A DNA stretch of 48,808 nt, taken from the NCBI RefSeq assembly GCF_001194135.2, contig NC_068989.1:74891839-74940646 (forward strand). The letters are read 5' to 3'. Numbering within the stretch: position 1 is the first letter of the stretch; each line of letters starts with the position of its first letter. The translations under genes were made by a program, and so were the position numbers. The notes beneath the pieces are model-generated. The model was given only the letters and a program-made list of their open reading frames with translations. It had not been told where the DNA came from and searched no databases. This DNA comes from Octopus bimaculoides (lineage: Eukaryota). Below are positions 1-12,529 of this stretch, one piece after another.

Positions 1-30
1 ATATATATATATATATATAATAATAATAAG

Positions 31-3000
31 ATGAAAGAGAATGTGAGAAAGACAGAGATATCACCAAAAAAGGAGCAACACAAGAGAGGGATGAAAAGGA
101 TCAGTGTGTCTCAGCTGGTTTGCGGAGGAAAATAGAGAATAATAATGCGGCTGAGATACATATTGACACTGAAAAGAAGAAAACTAACATTTTCACTACG
201 ACAGGGGTCATGAGGGTGATACTTACAATATATTTCGTGAAACAGTGATATCCTGACAGAGAAAACGTTGGATAATAATCATGGAAGTCAGTATTGTTGT
301 CAATTATATTGGCAGAGGAATTTAGGCGTTGCAGCGGCAGGTCACGAGGGAGAAGTTTATAAAAAATAGAAAACATTCTGAAAAAACAGTGTTACCATTA
401 TGTAAAATACATTGGTTACTTTGCATGGATAACAATATTTCTGTCACCGATATCCAATGTCCTCATTGCTGTGCAGACGTCGCAAGAACAGCCGCATACA
501 GCTCTGGCTAGATTTTCATTAAAAGTAAGGTGAGAGAATGTCATGAAAGGGGAGAAGGAAAGAGACAAAGAGAGCGAGTGTGAACGGCAGTGATATAACC
601 AGGAGAGTGGAAACCTATAACATGGAGTTCATCACAACTGCTTTGTGGGAAGTGGGTTGATCAGAGAACAATAATACGACTGAGGTAGATAGAGAAACAA
701 AAGAGAGAAAACCGTAACGTTATCACAAAAAGAAATGTCACGAGGGAAATATTTACAATATATACCAAATAGTTATATCCTTACGAAGAATACTTTGAAT
801 AATTTCCATGACAGGCAATATTGCTGTAACTGAAAGGCGGTGAGCTGACAGAAACGTTAGCACATCGGGTGAAATGCTTAGCGGTATTTCGTCTGCGCTA
901 CGTTCTGAGTTCAAATTCCGCCGGGGTCGACTTTGCCTTTCATCCTTTCGGGGTCGATAAATTAAGTACCAGTTACGCACTGGGGTCGATATAATCGACT
1001 TAATCCGTTTGTCTGTCCTTGTTTGTCCCCTCTGTGTGTAGCCCCTTGTGGGCAGTAAAGAAATAGGTATTTCGTCTGTCTTTACGTTCTGAGTTCAAAT
1101 TACGCCGATGTCGACTTTGCCTTCATCCTTTCGGGGTCGATAAATTAAGTACCAGTTGCGTACTACGGTCAATCTAATCAACTGGTCTCCTCCCCAAAAC
1201 TTTCGGCTCTTCTACCGAGAGTAGAAAAGAATATTGCTGTTACTGGTGCCCCAGATTCGGCATAGGAATTTAGATGTCGCCAGGACTTCCGCCTGCAATT
1301 TTATCTACACTTTCTATGAAACCAAGATAGGCATGACGTCATTAACAGAGAGCGACAGACAGACAGAGACAGGCAGAGACAGTGAATACAAGAGAGATAA
1401 GGGAAAACATATCACCGTGAGAGTGTCAATGAAAGAGAGGGCATATGAAGGTTCAGATATCGCAGATGTATTAAGGTAGAAAACAAAGAACTAAATTACG
1501 GGTGATAGAGAAAAAGAGAGAGAACAGTAACATTAAGACACGAAGGAAGAGTTTACAACATACAAAAAGCTATTTTGAAAATGGTGCTATCGTGGCAGAG
1601 AACATATTGGTTATTTTGCTTCGAAGAGAATATTGTTGTCACTGGTATACAAAGTATATTGCTGTCACTGGAATACAAAGTAAACCAGAGAATTCAGAAG
1701 TAACAAAATTTCTAGTGAAACCAGGATGGGCAGAATGTTGCTCTGGGTGACAGAAAAAGCGACATAGGAAAATAGTGTAAACGACAAAGATGTCATCAAA
1801 ACAGTGGCAATGAAAGAGTGATGCGAGTGCAATCAGTGTGTCGTTAGTGTCCTGAGGAAAATATCATAGAACATTCATACGTTTGAGACAGAGAGAGAGA
1901 AAATTGGAAAGGAAAGACGACAGTAATATTAAAATTAAGACCGGGCAACGGGTGAGAAATTGGAAATAAAAAGGAAACATTTCGAAAACCGTGATGATAT
2001 TGCTATCGCAGTAACAGCATACGTACAATGTGTAGCAAATATTTCGAAATACAGCGATATCCTTATGGAGAATACATTGGTTAATTTGCATTGAAGTTCA
2101 TACTGTTATTCCTGATATCCAGATTTGACATAAGAATTATAATTCTTGAAGGATCTCTGCCTGCAGCTGTAGCTAGATTTTTAGTGAAACCAGAATGGGT
2201 AAAATGTCATCAAGAGAGAGAAAGATAAAGATATTAACCATAGAGAGTAATACAGATTTTCAGTGAAACTAGGATGGGAAGAATATCATCAAGAGAGAAA
2301 TGGAAAGAGAAAAAGAGAGAATGTGTGAACAACGGTGATATTACAAACAGAAGAGCAACTTCTATTGGGATGAAAGTCGTCTGTGTGTCGCAGCTGTGTT
2401 TAGGATAAAAAAGACAGAGATAGATAGAGAAAGAAAAAGTGAGGAAACAGTAAGATTATAAGTGGGACAAGGGTGACGAGGAAGAAGTTAACTATAATTA
2501 GAAAAACATTCCGAAAAACCGTGATATCCTTACGGAAAATAGAATAGTTTATTTGAATGGGAAACTATATTACACTTATTGGTAGATTTTATTGGTAGGT
2601 TACAAGAGAGAGGAGTAGATGGGGATATCACCAAGAGGGTGTCAACGAAGGAGAGGTACGAAGATTGCTAGTATGTCACAGATGTGTTGAGTAGTAAACA
2701 AAGAACAATGAGACGGTGGTGAGAGAAGGAGTAAAAAGGGAGGAGAAAACAGTGTGATGCATATCGAGGATAAATTTGTTAATTTATATGCCATCATAGA
2801 TAAATAAATAATGATTCAGAATTGTGAAGTAGCAAGGATTTCCGGCTACGGCAGAAACTATGTTTCTACTTACACCAGGCTGGGCTGTATAGCATTAAGA
2901 AGGAGGGGGAAAGAGAAAGGACAGAGATATCCCCAACAGAGTGGCAACGAAAGAGGGGAACGAAGGTCTTCAGTATGTGGCAGCAGTGTTGAAGAAGAAA

Positions 3001-3735
3001 AATAAAGAATAATAATAAAAAGGAAAGAAAAGGGCAAAAAAACAGTAACATTAACACTAAGGAAGAGATGACAAGGGACAAATTTACAATACCTAGAAAT
3101 ATTTCATGAAACATTGCTATTTTGACGGAGAACATGTGTATTAATTTGCATGCAAAACAATATTTTTGTTACCGATGCCCAAAGTCGGTATGAAAGTTCA
3201 GAAGTCAGAAGGATTTTCGTCAACAGGTGTAGTTAGATTTTTAATGAAATATGTTAATGTAGAAAACAAAGAACCATAATACGGCTGAGTGAAAATAAAA
3301 GGAGAGAGGCGCAACGAAGTAGAAGGATACATTTTGTCAGTCTGTTATCGCTGTGTTGATGAAAACATTGATATCATTACAAAGAATGCATTGCTTAATT
3401 TTTGCATGATAAAGAATATTGTTCTTACCAATATCCAAACTTGGCTTCGGTGCTCGGAGTTCGCAAGAACAATCGCCGTTACTTGCTATGGCTAGATGTG
3501 AAGTAAAAGCAGGATGGGCACAATGTCATTGAAAGAGATGAGAGAAGAGAGACGGAGATAGTGAATGAGAACGACAGAGATATCGACAAGAAAGTGGTAT
3601 CAAATGACAAGGAGCAAAGTGGTTAATATGTCGCAGCCATTTTCCGGAATGAAAGCAGAGACTAATAAAGTGTTTTTGCTCGTAGTTTTGAAGGTGGTAT
3701 GTCTGAAAGCCGACAGTATCTAACAGTTTGTGCAT
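31..3735 (+). repeat. Purine-rich complex satellite array 1 (~300-400 bp diverged monomers)
   Basis: Anchors GCTAGATTT..GTGAAA..GGATGGG..AATGTCAT recur at ~507, 1705, 2170, 2255, 3230, 3490, and GATATCCTTACGG at ~777, 2057, 2522. The same diagnostic motifs recur in 18-28 kb. Confidence 0.9.
833..1229 (+). mobile_element. Dimeric SINE inserted in the satellite
   Basis: Head GGCGGTGAGCTGACAGAAACGTTAGC, core GTCGACTTTGCCTTTCATCCTTTCGGGGTCGATAAATTAAGTACCAGTT present twice, 16-bp TSD AATATTGCTGT(A/T)ACTG at 817-832 and 1230-1245. Confidence 0.85.
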
Positions 3736-3779
3736 TAAAATTCTCTCTAATGCTGAAGTTTGGAACAGGATATTCCATA

Positions 3780-6170
3780 CGTATATTATAGTAAATTTCT
3801 CTCTTCAGCATTCAAGATAGTAGAGAAAACAACGCTTTCAAATATTCCCAGTAGCTAAGTCTTTTAACCAACGGTATTTAATTGGTGAATGTTCTTTGTA
3901 ACCTTTTAATTTTTTCTATGAGACCGGATGAGTTAGGAGACCAAGCAAAAATCTAAGCTGCTCAGAACTCCATAGAGTAAACCTAACTACTGGTTCTCTT
4001 GTCACACCATTTTCAGCAACAGATGGCTTCAACCATGTAAGAGGTAAAAGAGCCATCCACTGAGTTTTCCTGAGATACCAAGATTCCTTAACGTATCAAG
4101 GTATATACAGTCAATGTCCTTTCCTCTCGAGAGATTATTAGAATAATGCTACGGCATTGTAATAGTTATGAAAGGTAACTTCGTCTAGTCCAAAAACTAT
4201 CTACGAAGTTGTTTTCAACAAGGTGTGCACTAATTCTATTTCAGACAATGCGTTTGATAATTTTAGATGTGTGAGATAGGAGGGAAACAGGTCTTTAGTT
4301 TTCAGCTTCAGTCCCGCTATCTTACTTTGTGTGTAGGTATTACTATTGCGTCTTTTAATAGTTCTGGCAATTCGCCGGTAACTAGCGACTTTTGAAATAG
4401 TATGTATGCTTAATTGTTTCACGAGGCTGTCTTTGCACGTTTTTAGTAGTGTGGCTAGGAGACCGTCTGGTCCAGATGCTGAGTTTGAATTTAGGTCATT
4501 AGCTGTAAGTTGAGTTCTGGGAACCAAAGAATTCATTTGGCCCGTATGTTATTTTGTTAACTATAGGTTGGGAAGAAGCTCTATCATAATGTCGACTCAA
4601 GAATGTGCATGTTTGTGATGTATCATTAGTTTATTTGTGATGTATCATTAGTATGTGGAGGCGCAATGGCCCAGTGGTTAGGGCAGCGGACTCGCGGTCG
4701 TAGGATCGCGGTTTCGATTCCCAGACCGGGCGTTGTGAGTGTTTATTGAGCGAAAACACCTAATGCTCCACGAGGCTCCGGCAGGGAATGGTGGCGAACC
4801 CTGCTGTACTCTTCCACCACAACTTTCTCTCACTCTTACTTCCTGTTTCTGTTGTGCCTGTAATTCAAAGGGTCAGCCTTGTCACTCTGTGTCACGCTGA
4901 ATTTCTCCGAGAACTACGTTAAGGGTACACGTGTCTGTGGAGTGCTCAGCTACTTGCACGTTAATTTCACGAGCAGGCTGTTCCGTTGATCGGATCAAGT
5001 GGAACCCTCGACGTCGTAAGCGACGGAGTGCCAACAACAATCATTAGTATATGATTCATTTTGATCCATTAGATAGCCAATCTGATTACTCGTAGATGAT
5101 TTTTGTTTAGCAAAGGAGAAATATTATAGAACTTAGAAATGAGGAGTGAGTCAGGTTTCATGTTAATTACGAGTTACCCTCTTTGAACCATATACAAATA
5201 ATTGTGGCCGGAAATAACTGTCGGAATGATCTAAACATTGTGAGTGAAGTCTATATTGGTGGTAAAGACTAAGTCGAGTATATTTCCCCCTAGTTGGACG
5301 GATAATGATCTACTGTATGAGGAAGTTTTTTAGTTGTATCGAAAAAAGCATTCATATCTCTCCTGTTCAGTTGCATAATTTCAGGCTGGATATAACCCTC
5401 AGGCCAGCTGAGATTAGGAAAACTAAAATTCCCAGCTAAAAGTACATTGGCCAGTCAGTTGGTCTCAATGACGTTTGGCTTATGAGCGACAAAGCATCTT
5501 TGAAGTGATCTCCGTGGCTAGCTGCATCAGGAAGACAGTAGGTAATACCTATGATCAAATTGGGGACAATCACGAGCATTATTAGTGTATCGCACACTAT
5601 GCTGGAGTGGCGAAGGAGGACATTTTTTCCCAGGTTTTCTTGGGTGAAAATTACTATTTCTCCTTGTTTCCATATTCTGTGATCAGTTCTGAATAGTACA
5701 AAACCTGACGTATGTACTTTCGCATCCAATATGTCTGGGGTCAGGTGCGTTTCACTTAGTAGTACACATATTGCCTTATCTCGCTGCACGAGGTCTCTCT
5801 CGCTGTGCAAGACCTCTAAGACATGATACTTATATTCAATTTGTGAAATGTGAAAGACCTTGTACATTCGGTATTATTATAGAGTTGAGTTTGTGGGTTA
5901 ATGACAGCAATGGTGTATGGTTGTGCATTGGGGTAATAGCAATGACTGGTGCTGTGTGAGAGCTAGAAGTTTGTTTTTTGTTTTTGTTTTTTTTTTGCCA
6001 GATTCATCACGGTTTGCGGCTGTTGATTTTACAGAAGATATCAGAGTGACTTCTGAGTTTCGATGTGTGGACCAACACTGCCACTGTAAGGGATATTTCT
6101 TCTGTAGATTTGGTGGTAGTTTGGAGTCATGCTTTTACTGGTGCATCAAGTCCCTAAAAGATTAATGAAG
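3780..6170 (-). mobile_element. Decayed CR1-like LINE, 5'/central part (AP endonuclease and start of RT)
   Basis: ORF 5436-5867 LLSETHLTPDILDAKVHTSGFVLFRTD is APE-like. ORF 4201-4536 has NSASGPDGLLATLLKTC. ~4030-4200 reads KDIDCIYLD..LRNLGISGKLSGWL (RT-like). Many stops and frameshifts. Confidence 0.75.
4655..5039 (+). mobile_element. Full-length tRNA-derived SINE with TSD
   Basis: A box TGGCCCAGTGG, B box GGTTTCGATTCC, (CAA)n tail, 11-bp TSD ATCATTAGTAT at 4644-4654 and 5040-5050. Nested in the CR1 remnant. Confidence 0.9.
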
Positions 6171-6571
6171 GGACAGTCACATATCAGAAATAATCTTTCA
6201 TGTTGAGAAAGCAGTAGATTTTAGGATTCCGGGTTATATATATAGTAGTATATAGGTGGTGGTGGTGGTGGTGGTGGTGGNNNNNNNNNNNNNNNNNNNN
6301 NNNNNNNNNNNNNNNNNNNNNNNNNNNNNNNNNNNNNNNNNNNNNNNNNNNNNNNNNNNNNNNNNNNNNNNNNNNNNNNNNNNNNNNNNNNNNNNNNNNN
6401 NNNNNNNNNNNNNNNNNNNNNNNNNNNNNNNNNNNNNNNNNNNNNNNNNNNNNNNNNNNNNNNNNNNNNNNNNNNNNNNNNNNNNNNNNNNNNNNNNNNN
6501 NNNNNNNNNNNNNNNNNNNNNNNNNNNNNNNNNNNNNNNNNAGTGGTGGTGGTGGTGGCGGTGGTGGTGGT

Positions 6572-6828
6572 AGTGGAAAAGCTAGAGACTGTATTGTCTA
6601 ATTGTTCTACTATTGAAGAGTCACTGCCAATGCCGATCATGTTGTCGTTGCTATTGTTTAGTTGTGGTAAGAGTAAGAGCAGTAGAACATGATGACAATG
6701 ATGATGATGGTGACGAAGGGTCACTTGTGCTATTTCGAGAAAATGATATAGCTACACAGAGAAGGACTCTTGATCGTGGAGTTTAATATTTCATTAATTG
6801 TGCTAGTATCGAGGAGTGGCCGTAGTTT
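6572..6828 (-). repeat. Left arm of a ~260-bp inverted repeat (partner 8138-8412)
   Basis: Reverse complement aligns almost throughout with 8138-8412. The right arm has an extra ~11 nt (GATGATCTATT). Confidence 0.85.
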
Positions 6829-7972
6829 TCGTTGTTTTGTTTTTGTTATATTGTTGTTACACACACACACACACACATATATATACATATATATATCCTC
6901 CTCTCTTCCTCTCCCCTCCCATACCCATCTTCCCCCTCTCTTACATCCACCTTCCCCTTCTCCCTCCTCGTCAACACCCTCTCATAAGCTCATCCCACTA
7001 CACCCCAACACACTCCTACTCTACCTTCCCACTCCACCCCATCCAATTCCTTACACCCACCACCCACCCCAACCNNNNNNNNNNNNNNNNNNNNNNNNNN
7101 NNNNNNNNNNNNNNNNNNNNNNNNNNNNNNNNNNNNNNNNNNNNNNNNNNNNNNNNNNNNNNNNNNNNNNNNNNNNNNNNNNNNNNNNNNNNNNNNNNNN
7201 NNNNNNNNNNNNNNNNNNNNNNNNNNNNNNNNNNNNNNNNNNNNNNNNNNNNNNNNNNNNNNNNNNNNNNNNNNNNNNNNNNNNNNNNNNNNNNNNNNNN
7301 NNNNNNNNNNNNNNNNNNNNNNNNNNNNNNNNNNNNNNNNNNNNNNNNNNNNNNNNNNNNNNNNNNNNNNNNNNNNNNNNNNNNNNNNNNNNNNNNNNNN
7401 NNNNNNNNNNNNNNNNNNNNNNNNNNNNNNNNNNNNNNNNNNNNNNNNNNNNNNNNNNNNNNNNNNNNNNNNNNNNNNNNNNNNNNNNNNNNNNNNNNNN
7501 NNNNNNNNNNNNNNNNNNNNNNNNNNNNNNNNNNNNNNNNNNNNNNNNNNNNNNNNNNNNNNNNNNNNNNNNNNNNNNNNNNNNNNNNNNNNNNNNNNNN
7601 NNNNNNNNNNNNNNNNNNNNNNNNNNNNNNNNNNNNNNNNNNNNNNNNNNNNNNNNNNNNNNNNNNNNNNNNNNNNNNNNNNNNNNNNNNNNNNNNNNNN
7701 NNNNNNNNNNNNNNNNNNNNNNNNNNNNNNNNNNNNNNNNNNNNNNNNNNNNNNNNNNNNNNNNNNNNNNNNNNNNNNNNNNNNNNNNNNNNNNNNNNNN
7801 NNNNNNNNNNNNNNNNNNNNNNNNNNNNNNNNNNNNNNNNNNNNNNNNNNNNNNNNNNNNNNNNNNNNNNNNNNNNNNNNNNNNNNNNNNNNNNNNNNNN
7901 NNNNNNNNNNNNNNNNNNNNNNNNNNNNNNNNNNNNNNNNNNNNNNNNNNNNNNNNNNNNNNNNNNNNNNNN

Positions 7973-8021
<49 letters not shown>

Positions 8022-8048
8022 GTATCTATGTGTACGTGTTTGTGTGCT

Positions 8049-8083
<35 letters not shown>

Positions 8084-8137
8084 GTATATATATCACTGTG
8101 TGTGCGTGTGCGTGTGTGCATATGTACATGTATATGT

Positions 8138-8412
8138 ACTATGGCCACTCCTCGATACTAGCACAATTATTGAAATATTAAACTCCACAATCAAAAGCCC
8201 TTCACTGTGTAGCTATCTCATTTTCTCGAAATAGCACAAGTGACCCTTCGTCACCATCATCATCATTGTCATCATGTTCTACTGCTCTTACTCTTACCAC
8301 AACTAAACAATAGCAACAACAACATGATCGGCATTGGAAGTCACTCTTCAATAGTAGAACAATTGATGATCTATTAGACAACACAGTCTCTAACTTTTCC
8401 ACCACCACTACC
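8138..8412 (+). repeat. Right arm of the inverted repeat (partner 6572-6828)
   Basis: GGCCACTCCTCGATACTAGCACAATT...CTTTTCCAC matches the reverse complement of 6572-6828. Confidence 0.85.
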
Positions 8413-8421
8413 ACAATAAGG

Positions 8422-8504
8422 GTAAACATTGATACACATACACGCACACACATGTACACGCAAAAGCACACACGCACATACACACATAAACACACACGCA
8501 TGTT

Positions 8505-8515
<11 letters not shown>
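8422..8515 (+). repeat. Third copy of the ~90-bp CA-rich segment found upstream of both GPCR genes
   Basis: GTAAACATTGATACACATACACGCACACAC..ACACGCAAAAGCACACACGCA also occurs at ~14853-14935 and ~33665-33725. Confidence 0.75.
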
Positions 8516-8536
<21 letters not shown>

Positions 8537-8547
8537 TGAATTTAATG

Positions 8548-8588
<41 letters not shown>

Positions 8589-9583
8589 TAGTATATTGCC
8601 ACTTAAGTGTGGCTGACCCCTAGGGGTGGATGTTACTGTTGCTTTTAGCCCCAGGAGGACATCTCCTCCAGCTGGCTTATCGACACACGACTGTGTCCTG
8701 TTTGCCAAGGGAGTTATCCCTCTCACCTCGACCAGCAGCACGAACNNNNNNNNNNNNNNNNNNNNNNNNNNNNNNNNNNNNNNNNNNNNNNNNNNNNNNN
8801 NNNNNNNNNNNNNNNNNNNNNNNNNNNNNNNNNNNNNNNNNNNNNNNNNNNNNNNNNNNNNNNNNNNNNNNNNNNNNNNNNNNNNNNNNNNNNNNNNNNN
8901 NNNNNNNNNNNNNNNNNNNNNNNNNNNNNNNNNNNNNNNNNNNNNNNNNNNNNNNNNNNNNNNNNNNNNNNNNNNNNNNNNNNNNNNNNNNNNNNNNNNN
9001 NNNNNNNNNNNNNNNNNNNNNNNNNNNNNNNNNNNNNNNNNNNNNNNNNNNNNNNNNNNNNNNNNNNNNNNNNNNNNNNNNNNNNNNNNNNNNNNNNNNN
9101 NNNNNNNNNNNNNNNNNNNNNNNNNNNNNNNNNNNNNNNNNNNNNNNNNNNNNNNNNNNNNNNNNNNNNNNNNNNNNNNNNNNNNNNNNNNNNNNNNNNN
9201 NNNNNNNNNNNNNNNNNNNNNNNNNNNNNNNNNNNNNNNNNNNNNNNNNNNNNNNNNNNNNNNNNNNNNNNNNNNNNNNNNNNNNNNNNNNNNNNNNNNN
9301 NNNNNNNNNNNNNNNNNNNNNNNNNNNNNNNNNNNNNNNNNNNNNNNNNNNNNNNNNNNNNNNNNNNNNNNNNNNNNNNNNNNNNNNNNNNNNNNNNNNN
9401 NNNNNNNNNNNNNNNNNNNNNNNNNNNNNNNNNNNNNNNNNNNNNNNNNNNNNNNNNNNNNNNNNNNNNNNNNNNNNNNNNNNNNNNNNNNNNNNNNNNN
9501 NNNNNNNNNNNNNNNNNNNNNNNNNNNNNNNNNNNNNNNNNNNNNNNNNNNNNNNNNNNNNNNNNNNNNNNNNNNNNNNNNNN

Positions 9584-9629
<46 letters not shown>

Positions 9630-9631
<2 letters not shown>

Positions 9632-9960
9632 CACAACGTTTCGACTGATTTGCTCTCTAGCATTCATCAGGTGTCCTGGTAGAATTTTGAACCCAACCCT
9701 GGGTTATCATTCTGAAGGTATTTTTGCCGATATTATTATTTATTCAAAGTAATGCCTGGAATTGAACTCGCAATCTTGGGGTTAGTAGCCCGTGCTCTTA
9801 ACCCTTACGTCATATACCCGTGGGCAATTATAGAGTGACTTTTAGGACTTATAAATCTAATATTTTTCTATCCTTCCTTAATACAGGCTCCCATATTCTA
9901 CTCATATCTGGAGAGTAAATCAGCCGAAACTTTGTGGTAACGACAAACAAGATAAGGACA
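9630..9960 (-). mobile_element. Repeat with tRNA-like head and degenerate hammerhead-like tail
   Basis: Minus strand reads GGGTTAAGAGCACGGGCTACTAACCCCAAGATTGCGAGTTCAATTCC (tRNA-like), then CAC-CTGATGA...GAAACGTTGTG at 9631-9674. Confidence 0.5.
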
Positions 9961-10525
9961 CATATCCATCAAATGTAAATAATGTAAACACAAGTTTGTC
10001 TTCCTTTCTTAAACTGCCTGGAACCCTATTTTATATATTTTCAATCCATCTTTACATTCTAAGTTCAAATTCTGTTGAGGTTGATGTAATCGACTTAACC
10101 CCTCTTCCGAAATTGTTGTCTTTCTCCCAAAATTTGGAATCAATATTACTCTATCAATTGACTCTTTCACATTTTCTGTCACTTAGCAATCGATTGCTCC
10201 CAATATCGACCATTTTGCATTTGCATTTGACTCTCTTCTTCTATGTTTATATCCGTGCCCGTATGTACGATCATATATGCATAAAACATACATATATGCG
10301 TGTGCGTATATTCGTAAAACTTCATGCATACACGTACACACACACATTCACTTATACACCTAAACATCTATATCTACACACACACACACAATCATATACA
10401 TACATACATACATACATACATACATACATACATAAATACATACGCACATACATACATACATACATGCATACATACATACATACATACATAGATACATACA
10501 TACATACATACATACATACATACAT

Positions 10526-10743
10526 AGAAACGTTAGCACGCCGGGCGAAATGCTTAGCGGTATTTCGTCTGCCGCTACGTTCTGAGTTCAAATTCCACCG
10601 AGGTCGACTTTGCCTTTCATCCTTTCGAGGTCGATTAAATAAGTACCAGTTACGCACTGGGGTCGAGGTAATCGACTTAATCCGTTTGTCTGTCCTTGTT
10701 TGTCCCCTCTGTGTGTAGCCCCTTGTGGGTAGTAAAGAAATAA
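10526..10743 (+). mobile_element. 5'-truncated SINE inside a (TACA)n microsatellite
   Basis: Same body as 833-1065, flanked on both sides by TACA repeats. Confidence 0.85.
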
Positions 10744-11280
10744 CATACATACATACATACATACATACATACATACATACATACATACATACTGGGCAAG
10801 CATGGAGAAGGTGTACTCAGTGAAAATCTCTGATGAAAACCATGTTAAAAATGTTATTCATTAACGTAGTTGAATAATATTATTGAATAATATTATTTTC
10901 GCTTATGTATATAGACTTAACGTCCACACTTTACATGCATACATGAATAAATAAATAAATAAATTTCTGATTGAACAAACAAGAGAAACATAATTCAGTA
11001 TATGAATATGTCATACTTTTATTTTTAATCGCGACAATGTTACAAAAGTTGCTCAAAGGCCGAGAGCTTTCTAGGTAGTACATAAAACACTGACTTCAAA
11101 TCAGAGGAATCGTTACATAAAAAGTGAATATTTCGTGAAACCTAATACTGGTAGGTCACGTGGATATAATCAGTTAAACAAAGTAAAACAAAGTAGTTTT
11201 AAAAACAAATAATATAAAATTCATGCCGAAAAACATTAAAAGAAAATACATATTCAAACGCACAACATACATAACACATA

Positions 11281-11935
11281 CAGGGTGTTCAGACCAACTT
11301 TGACAATATTTTATGTCTCCATTTTCAGGAACAGTTTAATGTATTGGTGTACAGTCAATGGCGCTGGAGAGCATCAACATGAAAGTTATAGTTGAGAAAA
11401 GTGGAATCCATCTGAATATTTGAAAAGAGTTATCTGTGATATGATGATTTGAGCTGGGTATCAAAATGCTGATGTCATGACTTCTGATCAGTGAACTGTG
11501 AACAGCTTAAAGGCTGTAAGCCGTGACATAAATATCTGAAACAAAGCCGCAACCAGCAAAAAAGACGCAGTAGGCGTTCTGACCTCGTCCGCAAAACGTG
11601 ATTCATCTCCACGTCTTTGAACACAGCTTTAGGCTCAATTAAGACGACTATATGAAGCTGCTGGAGTATGTGGCTAATCCCTCACTGGTGGAACTCTAGA
11701 AGTGTGGCAAAAGAATATGGCTCCTTACCATACCTCCGGAAGGAGTCAGAAGTGGTCGTCGGAGGATTTCTACTACTTCACCATCTCCAATTTCTGGTCT
11801 CCAAATTTACCCGGTTGTAAACCCAATCTTTATTATGCACAACAAGCGGTGAGGAAGAACACCAACCACTGTGCCTGGAGTACAAAAGCAGACTGGTGGC
11901 CAAGGTGAAAGGACACAGTGAGGAACGCATGCACC
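11281..11935 (+). mobile_element. Decayed Tc1/mariner (maT/DD37D-like) transposon
   Basis: Begins TA|CAGGGTGTTC. Translation WQKNMAPYHTSGRSQKW..FW.PN.P..P..YY resembles the WQQDSAPxH...WPPNSPDLNPMDY block with ~37-aa spacing. Confidence 0.7.
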
Positions 11936-12529
11936 AACGCTCAAACTTCATAAACAACCCCCATATTCGAAAAATGTTAGGTCAACAGAAAATATATGAC
12001 TATCTCAAAAAAAGGATACAATAAAATTACAAACTATATGGGGTTTGGAGCAAAACGTGAGTCCGTTCAACAGCTCATGTGGACAAGAAAGTTTTAATAT
12101 ATTGAAGATAGGTGACACTGGCCAAAAATAAACGGGCAAGTTCCTGAAAGAAATAGACACGTACTCATCACACTTCTAAGGCGTTTATTTTACACGAATT
12201 CAAACAGAATCTAGAAAACAACTTTTTTTTTTGTTTTTCATTTTTTTTTTTTTTCGAATTGGCATTTGAGGAATTTCAGTTCAAAGTGTTGTTAATTGTT
12301 GGACTTGGTAACCTCAATTGATTCATACTCTCGAAGATCTATGGTCAAACGTATTCCAATAACGACCATCCTGTCATATATTCAGATTTAATATATAATT
12401 TATAATCCATTATTTCCGTCTTCTATCAAGTGACATTGTGTAACCCACACTGGTTAATTCATACAAGTTTTGCGTGACGGCACGCCTGCGGAGTTAATTA
12501 ACAGAACCTTTCGTAGGTATATCCGTTGA

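Noticed and set aside
4658-4730. tRNA gene
   Set aside because: The A and B boxes are followed by a ~300-nt body, a CAA tail and a TSD, so it is a SINE head.
6221-6724. ORF MTLRHHHHHCHHVLLLLLLPQ.. and a YFNNC match to the GPCR N-terminus in the inverted-repeat arms
   Set aside because: The composition comes from trinucleotide repeats, the ORF runs into a gap, both arms have in-frame stops, and the YFNNC match is not colinear with the receptor.
12215-12256. A-rich tract 3' of paralog 1 as a retrogene poly(A) remnant
   Set aside because: Homology with paralog 2 continues beyond it and the tract is short there, so it is a local expansion.
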